Assembly: GCF_009914755.1 (NCBI RefSeq) | Contig: NC_060932.1 | From: the human T2T-CHM13v2.0 reference genome, Homo sapiens | DNA: 64,000 nt | Strand: one strand, 5' to 3' | Part shown: piece by piece, positions 23,581 to 36,699 of the stretch | Position numbering within the stretch: position 1 is the first letter of the stretch | Layout of the letters: each line of letters starts with the position of its first letter | The notes under the pieces: generated by a model | Databases searched by the model: none | Told to the model about the DNA's origin: nothing | The model's input: only the letters and a program-made list of their open reading frames with translations | Position numbers and translations under genes: made by a program

Positions 23581-25550
23581 TCTTGTCGTTATGTTGTTGT
23601 CATCACTATTGTAGTTTGTTTTTGTCAATGACTGGAGTGGGCTTTGAGCTGTACCATTAGGAAATAGCAAAATGCAACTTGGAAGAACATAAAGACGGTG
23701 CATTTTTAAAAAGGTTGATATGATTAATAACGCTAATGTTATGATAACAGCAAACACTTCTATGCATTCACTATGTGTCTAGCAATGTATATTTAGGAGA
23801 CAGTGATTAGAGTTGGGTGTCTGGAATAAAAAGTTTATTGTGAAGGAGATCTAAGCAAGAAGGTGGAAACTCATTATAGAAAACATTGATTCCCAGCAAG
23901 GAACTCTGAACTTAAAGTTGCAAAGTGTGTGGTTCAGAGGCAGTGCCCCCTCCTCACCTGAAGGGGAGAGACAGCTTAGCCCCTGGGGCTATCCCAGCAA
24001 GGTAATGGGGATGTCTTTAAACAGGAGGAAGTGAGGTAGAAAGTACATCAGAATCGTCTTAGGAGAGTGTCAGAGACAGCCAGAGTGGCATCTGCAAAAC
24101 AGGCCCCAGAGCAGTGGGCCCATGGGAAAAGTGTCAGAGCCCAGGAATGCTTTAGGCAGGGCTGAATGTCAGTAGAGAAGGCAGATGGGGAAGTTACGAG
24201 TTGACATGAGAGGTGTCAGGGTGCACTCTGCATGTTTTCTGAGATGGGCAATTGTCCAATGCCTGCAGTATGCATTATGTGGATCATCTAGTCTATTTAA
24301 AAGATTAAAGTAGGATAAAAGAGGAAGAACAAGGGCTGTGATGCCAACATTTATTCATTCATTTATTATTTTATTCACTTATTCTCTTGACATTTAATGA
24401 GCACCTACTAGGTGGTTGGCCCAAGGTGGCTGGAAAATTAATGAGAAACAAGAACAACATGGTAATCAACAAGAGGCCTGGCACTGTATCAGGCCTGTTA
24501 GACAAGCTAATTATTCCTAGTTCCATAAACAATCCTACTGTTTGGGCTCTATTGTTACCATTTGTTGAGAGAAATTACTTTCAACAATGGGGTGATGACT
24601 AGGGCTCAGAGTAGTGATATAACTTCTCCAAGAGTAGTAAGAAATAGTTCATCCAGGATTTAACTCAGCCGGTTGATTCAAACATTAGAAGAAAAATTAA
24701 AGAAAGAGAAGAAGAAAGAATCTCCCCAGTTTACATTCTCAGAATCTCCCAGCAGCTCATTTCTAAAGTGGCTGTGGTTAAATTTAGCAGCTGACAATTG
24801 CTTCCCAGTCTAGTGTGCAAGGCTGACTGCGAGATTTTAAGATGCTGCTCTTTGATTAGGAGAATCAAAACAGGCTGCTGAGCCACCCTAGCCCAGCACG
24901 ATGGGGGCTGGATTGAGGAGTGAGTCAGTCAGGAAGCCATTGTGAATGTCAAGCACAAACATCCCAGAATAGCTGCCCACTGGGCATGAGACTTCAGTGG
25001 CTGCCCCATGACTGCCAGCCTGTGAATTGGAGATGGCAGTGAGCTTGACAAGAAGGGTCTGAGCCAAAAATAATCCCTGTTGGCTCCAGAAGGCTCCTGG
25101 AGAAATGAGAGCTTCAGGTAGGAGCAAATTGGAAGTACTGGAACCGATGAATTCAGTGTGGATTGAAAGGAGCTCCATCCTGTGTGCTACCCATGACCAA
25201 GGCACAGGACATGTTTGACCTGATATTGTCTCGGGAATTGCAAGGGGCTTTTTTAGAAAATTTAATCTGCCAACATAAGGTCCTAGGCAAAAAAGAATAT
25301 GAGACTGATCAGATTCAGGAACTAAAATGCTCATTAATCATGAGAAACAAAGTAGATTTACATTTAAAATAAAAAAGAGAGAGATAGGCTTTCTGACACT
25401 GAATACTTAAAGAGGATTTACAAAGTGTTAGGCAAAGGATTTAGTGCTGGAGATACAATGATAAACAATGCATCATTAAATACTGAGTTTCCACAAATTC
25501 CAAGCTCCTTAACTATATACTAAGGGGTTCTACTTTTGGGAGGATGCATA

Positions 25551-25710
25551 GTGTTTTAGTTAGGATTCCTTGGGTCAAAAGAAAAGAAACACAACTCCAA
25601 CTGGATTAGGGGAAACAAAAGAGGATGTTTTACACTCATGTAATGAAAGTCCAGAGTTAGGATGTCTTCAGGTATGGCCTGATCTAGGGGACCTAGGATT
25701 CCAGCACTCA
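25551..25710 (-). mobile_element. Old MLT1 LTR fragment
   Basis: ttagttaggattccttgg...aactccaactgg...cttcaggtatggcctgatctagggg. Confidence 0.55.
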
Positions 25711-26179
25711 CTGAGGTGGCTACTATCTTGAAAATATATAAACAGGCAAAAATAGAACAAATTGAAATAAAAATGTTACTGGCCTTCACTTACTATACCT
25801 TGCACAGGTGGGAGTTATGGATGGCAGATCAGAAAGCAGCCACTCATCTGTAAAATGTGAATAACATTAGCTCTTAGCCCAAAGAGTTATGAATATTAAA
25901 TAAAATGATGCTTTTTGAGCACCAGATTCTAAGGAAATTTCTTGTAAATGTAAGCTAGTTATTATTATTGTTATATTTCAGGGTTCTAGGTTCAAATTTT
26001 TGTGTGACTCAATGCTATTACATAGACAGATAAATCTACTTTTCTCTGCAAAATTTTCAATAGCCACATGCTGGGCTTGGCCACTCTTTCTCTGGGTTGG
26101 AAGATTTTTCTTTCTTTTTTATGTTTGTCTCACAGCTATTGATATTCAGTTATATATCCCATACTCCTAAAGCATTATA

Positions 26180-26365
26180 TATACCTGTTTCCACACTAGT
26201 ACTCATTACCTTGAATTGCAGTTAATTATCTTCCCATTAAGATTCTGAACAACTCAAGGGCAAGGGCTCAGTCTCATTCATCTTTGTATTATCATGTTTC
26301 ACAGAATGTCTAGTATGTCATTGGTATTTAATATTTGGAAAGCTAATTAAAAAGAATGAATATTA
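26180..26365 (+). mobile_element. L2 3' end
   Basis: aactcaagggcaagggctcagtctcattcatctttgtat...aagaatgaat. Confidence 0.65.
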
Positions 26366-26489
26366 ATTAATCCATCTCTTGTTTAATACAGTAACTAACA
26401 CAAGGAAGCAAAAGCAACACCTAATGAATTTCCATAGTGTGCCAGGCATTGTGGTCTGCAAGTTATGACTGTTATGTTGTTTATTCTCT

Positions 26490-26944
26490 TTTTCAGTAAG
26501 GATTGAATGCATTTGGTACATGTATATGCCAACTGAGAATGGCTTACACAAATAGAATTTATTGTTCTTCTATTTTATAGGTGAGAAATTGCTGGCTTTA
26601 CTTCTACAAGGAGTAGTGTGCTATCTTTCTGGTCTGCTAGCCTTGGCTTTGTCCCCAAGATTGTAAGATGGCTACTAGCTCCAGACAACACTTCCACATT
26701 CAAAGCAAAAAGATAATGCACCATTCCTTTCAGCACCCCTTTTTCCCCCTAGGAAATAAAAAGTTACCCCTAGGGACTCACAATAGAACACTATCTATTT
26801 CCCATCTGCCACCCCTACTGCATAGGAGGCTGAGGAAGCATGAGTATTTAGTTGGATGCATTGTTGCTCCGAACAAATAGGCAAATTTCTCAATTGGAAA
26901 AAAAGCTGAATGGATATTAGGAAGTCTTAAGAGTGTCTGCCACA
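26490..26944 (-). mobile_element. Old MLT1 LTR (MLT1I/K/L-like)
   Basis: aagatggctactagctccag...aggaggctgaggaagcatgagtattta...tggatattagg...gtctgccaca. Confidence 0.65.
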
Positions 26945-27116
26945 CTTCATGAAAACCTAATGGAATTGGCATTATTGCCTCAATTTCCCAAATGCAGAAA
27001 CCAAAGTGGAGGAGTATATCAACATATGCACTTCAAGTAGCAAGTTCATGGAAAGCTGCCATTCAGGACTAGGTTCATCGACCCAGAATTCACGGTCTTT
27101 GTTGTAAGCCACACTC

Positions 27117-28050
27117 AAAATGGACATTTCTCAAAAGAAGACATACAGGCCAACATGTATATGGAAAAAAAAGATGCTTAACTAACTAGAAGGGAAATGC
27201 AAATTAAAATCTCACTCCACCTAAAATGGCTTTTATCAAAAAGACAAAAAATAATGGATGCTGGTAAGGATGCCAAGAAAGGGGAACCCTCATACATTTT
27301 TGTTGGGAATGTAAATTAGTACATCCACTATGGAAAACAGTAGAGAGATCCCTTTAAAAAAAAATAGTACTACGGCATAATCCAGCAATCCCACTGCTGA
27401 ATATATGTCCAAAAGAAAGTAAATCAATATATTAAAGTGATATACCTGCATTCCCATGTTTATTACAGCACTATTCACAATAGCCAAGCTATGGAATCAA
27501 CCTAAGCACCATTAATAGAAAAACTAAAAAGGAAATGTGGTATAAACACACAATGGAATATTATTCAGCCATTAAAAAATAATAAAATATTGTCATTTGC
27601 AGCAACATGGATGGAATTGGAGGACATTATGTTAAGTGAAATAAGCCAGGCATGGAAAGGTAAATAATGCATGTTCTCACTTACACGCGGGAGCTAAAAA
27701 AGTGGATCTCATCGATACAGAGGGTTGATTGGTGGATATCAGAGGCTGGGAAGGGGAGTAGGGAAGGGAGAGGGAAAAAGTTAATTAATGGGTACAAAAA
27801 TTGTTATATAGAAAGAATAAAATCTAGTTTTGATAGTACAGTAGGGTGACTATAGTTAACAAGAATCTATTATATAGTTAAAGTAGTTAGAAGAGAAGAA
27901 TTGCCATTTTTGCAACATAGAGAAAAGATAAATGTTTGAGGTAATGATATCCCAACTACCCTGATCTAATCATTATATATTACATCCTTGTATCAAAATA
28001 TCACATGTACCCCCAGAATATGTACAACTATTATGTATCAATGAAAACGA
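27117..28050 (+). mobile_element. L1MA (L1MA3/4-like) 3' end, 5'-truncated
   Basis: ORF2 C-terminal sequence (gacatttctcaaaagaagacataca) and L1MA 3' UTR ending tatgtatcaatgaaaa. Confidence 0.9.
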
Positions 28051-29164
28051 GGAAAAGAAACATACATCTAAATGTTTGTTTATATATGTTTAAAACAAGC
28101 AAGATTTCAGCTTACAATTTTCTTATTTTGTAGGAAGAGGTTGTTTACCAAAGGAGGCAAACCCTTGACCTTCCTGCAATAGGCATCGAACGTGGACAAA
28201 ATTAGCTGCTGCCCTTGTTTCCTGCATGTGTTGTAAACCAGTCTCATCAAATGTTTAACTAAATGTCAATCCAGTCTACCTCACTGCAGTATATGTTCAG
28301 CCTAAATTTTGCGAGTTGAAATGGATGACAACGAGGCTGTAAGAATTGTGCAGAGCAAATAAACCATCCAGTTTGACAAAAATAAAAGCTTAATCCTGCT
28401 CATTTGAAGAAAACTTTGGATGAGTCTATTCAGCTGGAACCTCCTAAGAGCTTAGAGAACTAAAATGCCTTTGTGGCCTTTCTAATCCATTTTTAGTTTT
28501 TGAGTAAAATTAATAACATAAATACCTTGGAGTTATAAGCTGCTTTCCTTCCTATGGTTATGAGATTCTTTCTCATATATATTCCCCATCTGTCTTCCCC
28601 AAAGCCTGGTGTACTTTATGAAGATAAGAATAATTGTATCTATTTTGCAGATCAAGGAATTAAGACACAGAGATGTGCAGTTACTTGGGAAAGGACATCT
28701 ATCAAGATTAATGTCGCTTTCTCACTTGTAAATTCTTATTAGGCTTTGTCCCAAACAAAGAAAAAACTCTTGATTTATTTACTCCAGAGCTTCTGGTTCT
28801 TAGAAACATACTTGCTGTTGTTTCTGTAAGAATTAACAGGAGGAGTCGTGTTGTGGTCTGGCAGCACCTGGCCAAGACCCGTATGTAAAAGTTTGCTCAG
28901 GAAATTTCCTTCCCTCCAGTCCAACTCTCTCCCACCTGAGACAAATTTTGTGGACTCAATCTCCTCAAGATTTTACTCTCTGAGAGTTTCATACTCTTTA
29001 AGGAATGTTGAGAAGGGTAGAAACACCCTCTACCAGCCCTTTCCTGAGAAGGCAGAGTGTTGAGAGAAGGTCCTACTCATGCAATAGGAGTAGGAACATT
29101 GAGGAAAAGGAGAAGAGTTCTGCCCACCCTGCCCACTTGTCACCTGGTGAAGATAAATGTATTT

Positions 29165-29390
29165 CCTACAGCATAGTGGAAAGAGCATATGCTTTTAGAA
29201 AGGGCAAGACTGAGTTCAGATCCTAGTCCTGATTCTTGCTAGCTGTGGGTCCCCTACCTAAGCCGCTTATCACTTTTCTTGGTGTCACTTGTCACATCTG
29301 TGAAAGGGTGGGTCATAAGACGAGGCTTACAGACAGGTATTGCAAAGATTGCCTGAGATCATAGATAAAAAGCCCAGTAGGTACTGATTG
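29165..29390 (+). mobile_element. MIR
   Basis: cagcatagtggaaagagcatatgcttt...gactgagttcagatcctagt...catctgtgaaagg. Confidence 0.7.
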
Positions 29391-32300
29391 CTTTTACCAG
29401 TGTTCCATGAAAAAAGGGAGATGTAGCTGCTATCATCTGCTGAACTTGTCCTTAGAGGCTGAAAGAGGGTCAGGCTCCAGACTGAGGATCTCCAGGTTGG
29501 ATGGCTGGAAGTTGATACTGATCAAAATAAATCATCCTATGGGAGGATGGAGAATCAGCCTTGATGGAAATAAGGGATGAGCACACCGTGAACACAGACC
29601 TGGAAGAAGGAGGTGGTCAGGCTCAACAGAAATGGCTGGAAATTAAGCCTGTTCAAAGCACCCCTCTCTCGTTCCCTCCACTTTCCTCCTCTAATCCCTC
29701 CTATACTGATACTGCCCTCCTCCTGTTTTCCTAAACATTGCCCCACGCTTCTTCCACTTAAAACAACTCCATCAAGAATATCTGCCAGATGGAGCAGAAC
29801 TGGCTCCTAGGGAAATACAAATGACTGAAAAGCATTAAAAGCAATTTCAATATTCCTAGGAACCTGGGAAATGGGAATTTAAACAATAAGATATCTCAAG
29901 AGAGCTTAAAGTGGGGAGGGAGGTGGCCAAAATGCTTTCTAAACAAATAAACATTTGTTTGTTTACAGTTTTAATGTCGAATATAGGTAGCTCTCTCTGA
30001 GTGTGTCTCAAGATATAGATAATTCAAATTGCTGGTTTTCTTTTCTTTAAATACTGAAATCATGTAGTATACCAACAAACATGCAGATATTTCTTTCCCT
30101 AAAAACAGCATACCAAAACCACAAGCAAGAATCCAATTCCTCATGTGGGAGGCAAAAGGGTAAGGGGTAAAGAGGTGAAGAGGCTCACTCGAGGTCTTTC
30201 CCGGTTAATGAGCAGTGAAACTAGATTGAATTGCAAAGGACCTGCCTCCTCTCTCAGGTTCCTTACTGAGAGCCAATGTATGGAAACATATTGCAAAGTA
30301 CTAGATTGTTTTCCTCCTTCCTTACTCCCTCGACAGAGTCAAATGACTCCAAATAAAAATGTCATCTAGATCAAAATATTAGACATGTATTAAGACATCT
30401 AAAATTGCACAGAGAACAAAGTATATCAAGTAATGTATTTTCTGGCTCCCTCTCAGGACTGTCATCAAAACAGTGGAGAAGCCGTTTCCCACCTCCCACA
30501 TTAATTCCACCATCATCAGAACATAGTTTTAAATGTGCCTTTGCCAAATTGGAATTTGTGGAATTATGAGCAGAAATGAGTGTGCTGTCAGCTGCTGGGG
30601 TTTCAGAGTAAGAGGTGTGTGTCATTTTGGCAAGACAGCCTAGGGATCCCTGGGTTTCCACCTAACTGGAAAATGGCCAAAGGCTAAAATTTTTCCTTTG
30701 CCTTCTACACCCAGTTAGCATCATAGGAAAGTCTTTCCAATTCTCTCAGCCAAAACAAACAAACGAACAAAATATCAACTCTTCCCTACTCCAGACATAT
30801 ACAGTGCCTACTACTAGTGTCTTCCAAAGGCCTTTTAACAGCAGGAGATGGTTTAGAATAATGAAAAGGAAATGTGCATTGAAATCAGAACTAGGTGTAC
30901 ATTCATGGCCCATTGCTCATTCATATGAACTTGGCAGTCTTACTGTCTCTGATAGGCATAGCATAGAAGTCACTAGCTGTGAATGTTTACACTTGCTGGT
31001 TAATTCTGGGTGATGTAATTAGACAAACACAACCCCTCCACATTTTAGTCAAAAAGTCATTTGATGACAATTTGAGAAAGGAACATGATTTCTGGCTGTT
31101 GTCTGAAAGCTTTTTGCCTCTTGGTAAATGATAAAACTGAGTCAAGTACAATCAAAGAAGAACCAAGGAATTGAGTCCCACGATAGAAGTGTCCATGTTC
31201 ATGGAGGAAGCTGCAAATTGCAGAGGTGACAGTGGATTCCACCTGGGAATGGACAGTCCAGAGCAACTGCTCAATAACTTCAGCAATCCCACCAACCATA
31301 GGGAGGTGATTCTACCTTGCAGAAAGACTCAGAATTGGTGCCTGGTATGGGGCAATATAGAAAGGTGTCTAAGGACCTTGCTTTTTTCAAGGTCTCTCAC
31401 AGCCAAAGGTTCTTTCAGACCATGGAGGAAATGGCCAGTGTCTCAGCCCCAGTGATGCCAAATCTGCCAAGGCTTTTATAGAACAGTCTAGATCCTTTGA
31501 TGATCACTGAGATATTGAAGAGGAAGAATGTACAAGAACATTTTCCATAATATTGAAGTCCTACACAGTACTGCTAGAAAACAAAGCCACCAAAAAAGCA
31601 AATATTTGGGATATTTTTGTTCTTAAAACCATCACAAATTTCCCAAGTGATAGAAAACTGTGATAGAGAGTTTAAAATGATCTTGGCTGGACCTAAAATA
31701 AAGAATCCCAACTCTCTAAACAAGAATATTAAGTTGCATAAGTCAGAAGACACTAGGACATAAATCTATAAACATGGTTCTCTTTGAACAACAATCCAAC
31801 TTTATAAGTTTTAAAATAAATTATGCAGGACTTCAGGAAACTTTCTCCAAACACTGATCAGTTGTATTACAAATCCCTTTCACTAAAAATCAGCTCTGCA
31901 ACAATATGGGCAATGTATGCTTCCCCCTCCCCCCTTAAACTCTAAAATCAATATATTAAGCTACTAGCTTACTATGAAAATTACATGTACTTCAGAGATA
32001 ATACATTTAATTTCCATAAGCTAGCCAGATGCAAAGTCAAATAACACATTCTGGGGAACAAGCAATCACATCAAGAAACTTTTTATGCAGTGGAATGTTG
32101 AATTGCATTGAATAAAACCCTTATGTATTCCTATTCATAATATCCTCATATCCTTATACAAGAAGAAATAATTCTGGGACCAAGTCTCCATCTCCTCTGA
32201 TCAGGGTTTGGCTGGGAAATTCCTATAGCTCCTTCCTTAGTTTTTCCTTTGCTATGCTTTGGGTAGCTGAACAACTATGTTTCTGAGACATATTATCTCT

Positions 32301-32619
32301 TTAATGTTATATTAATGCTTTAAATTAGGTTAGAGTCAAGATCTTTTGGCCTAATAGACATCGTGTCCATGTAAAAGAGCATTGCATTGTTTTCTCTCAC
32401 TAATTACATATTGATTTCCCAGTTAAACTCTCAGAGGCAATCTTAGGTTTCTTTTTCCAGATCATGGGGACCCAAAGCTACTTTAGGATTGACCGTGGGA
32501 TCATGGAAGACTGAAACAAGAGGCAAGAGCATAGTGCTGCTGGCCATGTTCCTATTTTTCACACTAAGATGTAAAAGACTCCCAGGAAAATTGGAACAAT
32601 TGAATAGAAAGTAAAGTCA

Positions 32620-32710
32620 AGGGGAAGGAAAAAAAAGGACAAAAAGAGAGAGAGAGAGAGAGAGAAAGAGAAAAGAAGGGAAAAGGAGGGGAGGGGAGGG
32701 AAGGGGAGGT
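32620..32710. repeat. Polypurine tract with (GA)n and (GGGGA)n
   Basis: Directly visible. Confidence 0.9.
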
Positions 32711-34857
32711 ACAATCACCTATAAGGTACTTACTCCCACTTATTGCCATTTTCTTTATGAGAAAACTGAGGCTTAGAGAACTTAAATAATTTTTCCATAG
32801 GTTATGAAGTTAAGAGGCAAAGTTAAGGTTCAGACCTAAGGAGTCTTATTCCAAACTTTCTCTCTTACCATGATAGAAGTTATACCATCCCCCCATCAGC
32901 TCCAACTAGTGTGAGAGGACGCCTTCCTCTTTCCCCCAGTGATGCTATACTTTTACTGGTATCATTACTCTCTGACTAAACCCTGATTTTCCTTTATTTT
33001 TATCTTGGTTGTACAAAAACATTTTCCCCAAATAAGTTATTAAGCAATTTCTTCAATAAATAAAAACAATAAAAATTGATCACATTCTTCCCTGACCAGT
33101 TAAAGGGATTTCATGTGTAACCATCCACGTCCCCATTATTCCTGCAGAAATCAGTTTTCAGCAACCCTTTCAAGGTATCTTTATGCTCCACAAGTCTTCA
33201 AACAAGGTTTGCTAAAGTTGATAATACTTTATCAGCTTCTATATGGAAAAGACAAATCCAGCTCCTAAACATATGGGACACACCCCTGTTCTTATCTTAA
33301 ATAAAAGCTATCTCAAGCATATCTGATTTTATATTCCTTCTGGTTAATGGGAAAAAATGAAGCATATCATTTAAATAATTCACCAAAATATAAAAGAGGT
33401 TACGTGCAGTCCAGGGATACTCACAGGCACTTGGATTAATAGGACTATTAGAAGAGAATTGCCATGATGCCAGGCAAAACTTGAGTTGAGTCCCAGCTCC
33501 ACTACTAGCTGACTTTGTGGCCTAAGGATAAGGACCAACCTCTTTGAATTGCTACTTTGTACAGATAAAGAAAGTGAAATTATTTTGGTCTCTACTTGCC
33601 TGGATATCACATCTGCCCTTTCACACAAGCAGGTTATTCTCTGAATTTTCAAGCACAAACTCCTGAGAACCTGATCAGCTTACCTAGATACTATGATCTC
33701 CACTGTAGTCATGGAAAAAGGAAAGATGGTTCAGAAGACAGTCCCTCTTGCTCAAGGAACAAATAAGCATCAATTTCTTTATCAAGAAGTGTGAATGTTG
33801 CAGGAATCATGATCTGTCTTCTGAGTATACCAGTGGATAGGCTGTTATAATGGAGCACATAAAATGCATGGATCATAGTAGGTGATCTATAAAAAGTAAA
33901 TTGTACTGTTTTGAGGGGACTCAAAAATGAATTCCAACTCACAAAAAAATGAATAATAATGTAATTGGTAGCTAACATGTAATTGAGTCCACATTGTATG
34001 CCACAGTTCTTTACTCGGGTCTCATTTCATTTTCACAATAACTTGAAAATATTACTATCCTTATTTTATAGAAAAGGAAATTCAGGTTTAGATGATTTAT
34101 ATAACCCACTTAAGGACACACAGCTAATAATCTTGAACCCAGAGCATTTGATTAAAGGGCCCACATCTATGAATCTGCCTGGAAGAAATGAGAGACACTG
34201 TCCTGGTTGGGAACTTAGGTTCCATCCCTTTGGCCTTGCCTAAGTCACTTAAACTCTGTGTTCCTTTATATACCCAGAAATGGTCCCCTTCGATGACAGA
34301 AGACATTTGATTTACAATGAAAGAATCTGACTTCCAGTCCAAGCAGGCCTCACTACTTCCTGATTGCATGGCTTACCCAAATCTCAAAGGTTCCAAGCCC
34401 TAGTTTCTTGAGCTGCAGGTTGGCAGGAATATTACTGTCTATGAGCCTCACTGTTTGGTAGGAGAGTCAGAATCAAAATAAAATACTACATGAGGAACAT
34501 TGCCTGGGAACCGTTTAAGCTTCATATGAAAATGAGTTATCAAAAATCCATTAGAACTAACATTTTATCTTTTGAAATCCTGCAGCAGTATTCTGTTTAA
34601 TGATGTTTCTCAGTGAACTTTAAATTATTCATTCTCTCTCATATAAGCCTATTGACTGCCTACAGTGGCCAAGGTTCGTGAGAGGAATAGGAACATAAAG
34701 ATGAATAAGGCAAGGTTTCTATTCTCAAAATTTTCACAGTATATAGGGAGAAGTGGACAGTAAACAGGCACATTCTGAGGCAATTTGGAAAACGATACAT
34801 TTGGGGTAGAAACAAATGGGGCAGGTAGGTCTGCGTGGTTACAGAAAGATTCATGGA

Positions 34858-35236
34858 AAAGGTACATATACGCCATGGAATACTATGTGGCCATATAAAG
34901 GAACAAGATCATGTCCTTTGCAGAGACTTGGATGCAACTGGAAGCCATTATTCTCATCTAACTAACACAGGAACAAAAAACCAAACAACGCATGATGTCA
35001 CTCATGAGTGAGAGCTGAACAATGAAAACACGTGGACACGAGAAAGGGAACAATAGACACTAGGATCTGTTGGGGGTGGGGGGAGGGAGAGCATCAGGAT
35101 AAATCCCTAATGCATGTAGAACTTAATACCTAAGGTGATGGGTTGATAGGTGCAGCAAACCACCATGGCACACATTTCCCTATGTAACAAACCTACACAT
35201 CCTGCACATGTATCCTGGAACTTAATATTTTTTAAG
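34858..35236 (+). mobile_element. L1PA (old, ~PA8-13) 3' end
   Basis: gagcatcaggataaat...gggttgataggtgcagcaaaccaccatggcaca...tatcctggaactta. Confidence 0.92.
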
Positions 35237-35290
35237 TGACATCTCAGTGGGATGGATAACACGTAAAAAAGATGGAAGGAGACAATTTTT

Positions 35291-35676
35291 CTGTGGGACA
35301 TTCTCCCAAATATCCTCCAGTGTCCAATCTCTTTTTCTTCCTTTTAGTGGTAGAACCCCCTGGTTTTAGCTGGAAATGTGGCTGCCCAGCAGAATCCATA
35401 TTTCCCACCTCTTTGCAACTAGGTGTGACCATATGATAATGAGATGTGAGCTCAAGCAATTAGCCCAATGTCCTATTTATCCCCTTAACAAACCAACTGA
35501 GATGGAATGTGGGTATAGAGGAGCCAGCATCAACCTTCAGCAAGGACAACAGCTTGGAAATGGCAGAGCAAGAAGATGGAACAACTCTAGGATCTGATGT
35601 CCTTGTGAAAGACAGTTGCCCCTCTAGCTCAGAACCACTTATGTCTGTTTCATAACTGAAAAATAAATTTCTACCT
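35291..35676 (+). mobile_element. MLT1J-like LTR, interrupted by THE1
   Basis: tttcccacctctttgcaactaggtgtgaccat...atggcagagcaagaagatgga...aaataaatttctac. Confidence 0.7.
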
Positions 35677-36041
35677 CATATTAGTCTGTTTTCACACTGC
35701 TAATAAAGACATACCTGAGACTAGGTAATTTGTAAAGGGAAGAGATTTAATTAACTCACAGTTCCATATGGCTGGGGAGGACTCACAATCATGGCAGAAG
35801 ATGAATGAGGAGAAAAGTCACATCTTACATGGCAGCAGAAAGAGAGCATGTGTAGGTGAACTATCCTTTATAAAACTATCATATCTCATGAGCCTTATTC
35901 ACTATCAGAAGAACAGCACAGGAAAGACGTGTGCCCATGATTCTATTACCTCCCACTGTGCCCTTCCCATCAACACATGGGAATTATAGGAGCTACAATT
36001 CAAGATGAGATTTGGGTGGGGGACACAGCCAAACCATATCA
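35677..36041 (-). mobile_element. THE1B-like solo LTR
   Basis: tattagtctgttttcacactgctaataaagacatacctgagac...gggacacagccaaaccatatca. Confidence 0.93.
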
Positions 36042-36530
36042 TGCATTATTTAAATAAATTTATTTTTAAATTATTTTTTAAGTTGCATAACATGTCACTC
36101 AACTAATGAATCCCAGAAGGGGGAAAATATATAGGAAGGCCTGGAATCAGGAAGACATAAGCCAAGTCTGTTTAGAGAATCATAAAAGAAATTTAGTTTG
36201 GTAGCCACATTGAGACTCACAAGCATATGTCCCCATGAGGGTATGAGATGAAGCACCAGTCCTGGTCTAGGGCTAAGTGTTAAGGACAATTGTCTGTCAA
36301 ACCTGGGACCTTCAGCTTAGTTCCTTGAGCACCTTGGAACCAAAGAGTGCTCTAAGAACTTCTAAAAAGACTTCTCTTAATAATAAAACACTAGAGTAAG
36401 GGTAGCATCGTGAAATGGGGAAAAGAAGGGAAGAAAGAAGAGCAGAAAGAAGATGGGAGGGAGGGAGAGAAGGTGTCAGAAAGAGACTACAAAATCTTGG
36501 GTATATGAACTCGGGTAAATTTCCCTGCAC

Positions 36531-36699
36531 TTTCTCTTTTTTCAAAATTTTAAGTTCAGGGGTACATGTGCAGGATGTGCAGGTTTGTTACATAGGTAAG
36601 CGTGTGCCATGGTGGTTTGCTGCATAGCCTGTCCCATCACCTAGGTAGTAAGCCCAGTATTTATTAGTTATTCTTCCTAATATTCTCCCTCCTCCCCCA
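36531..36699 (-). mobile_element. L1PA 3' terminal fragment
   Basis: ttttaagttcaggggtacatgtgcaggatgtgcaggtttgttacatagg. Confidence 0.9.

Noticed and set aside
24888-25334. 148-aa minus-strand ORF
   Set aside because: No recognisable domain or supporting exon structure; length is compatible with chance.
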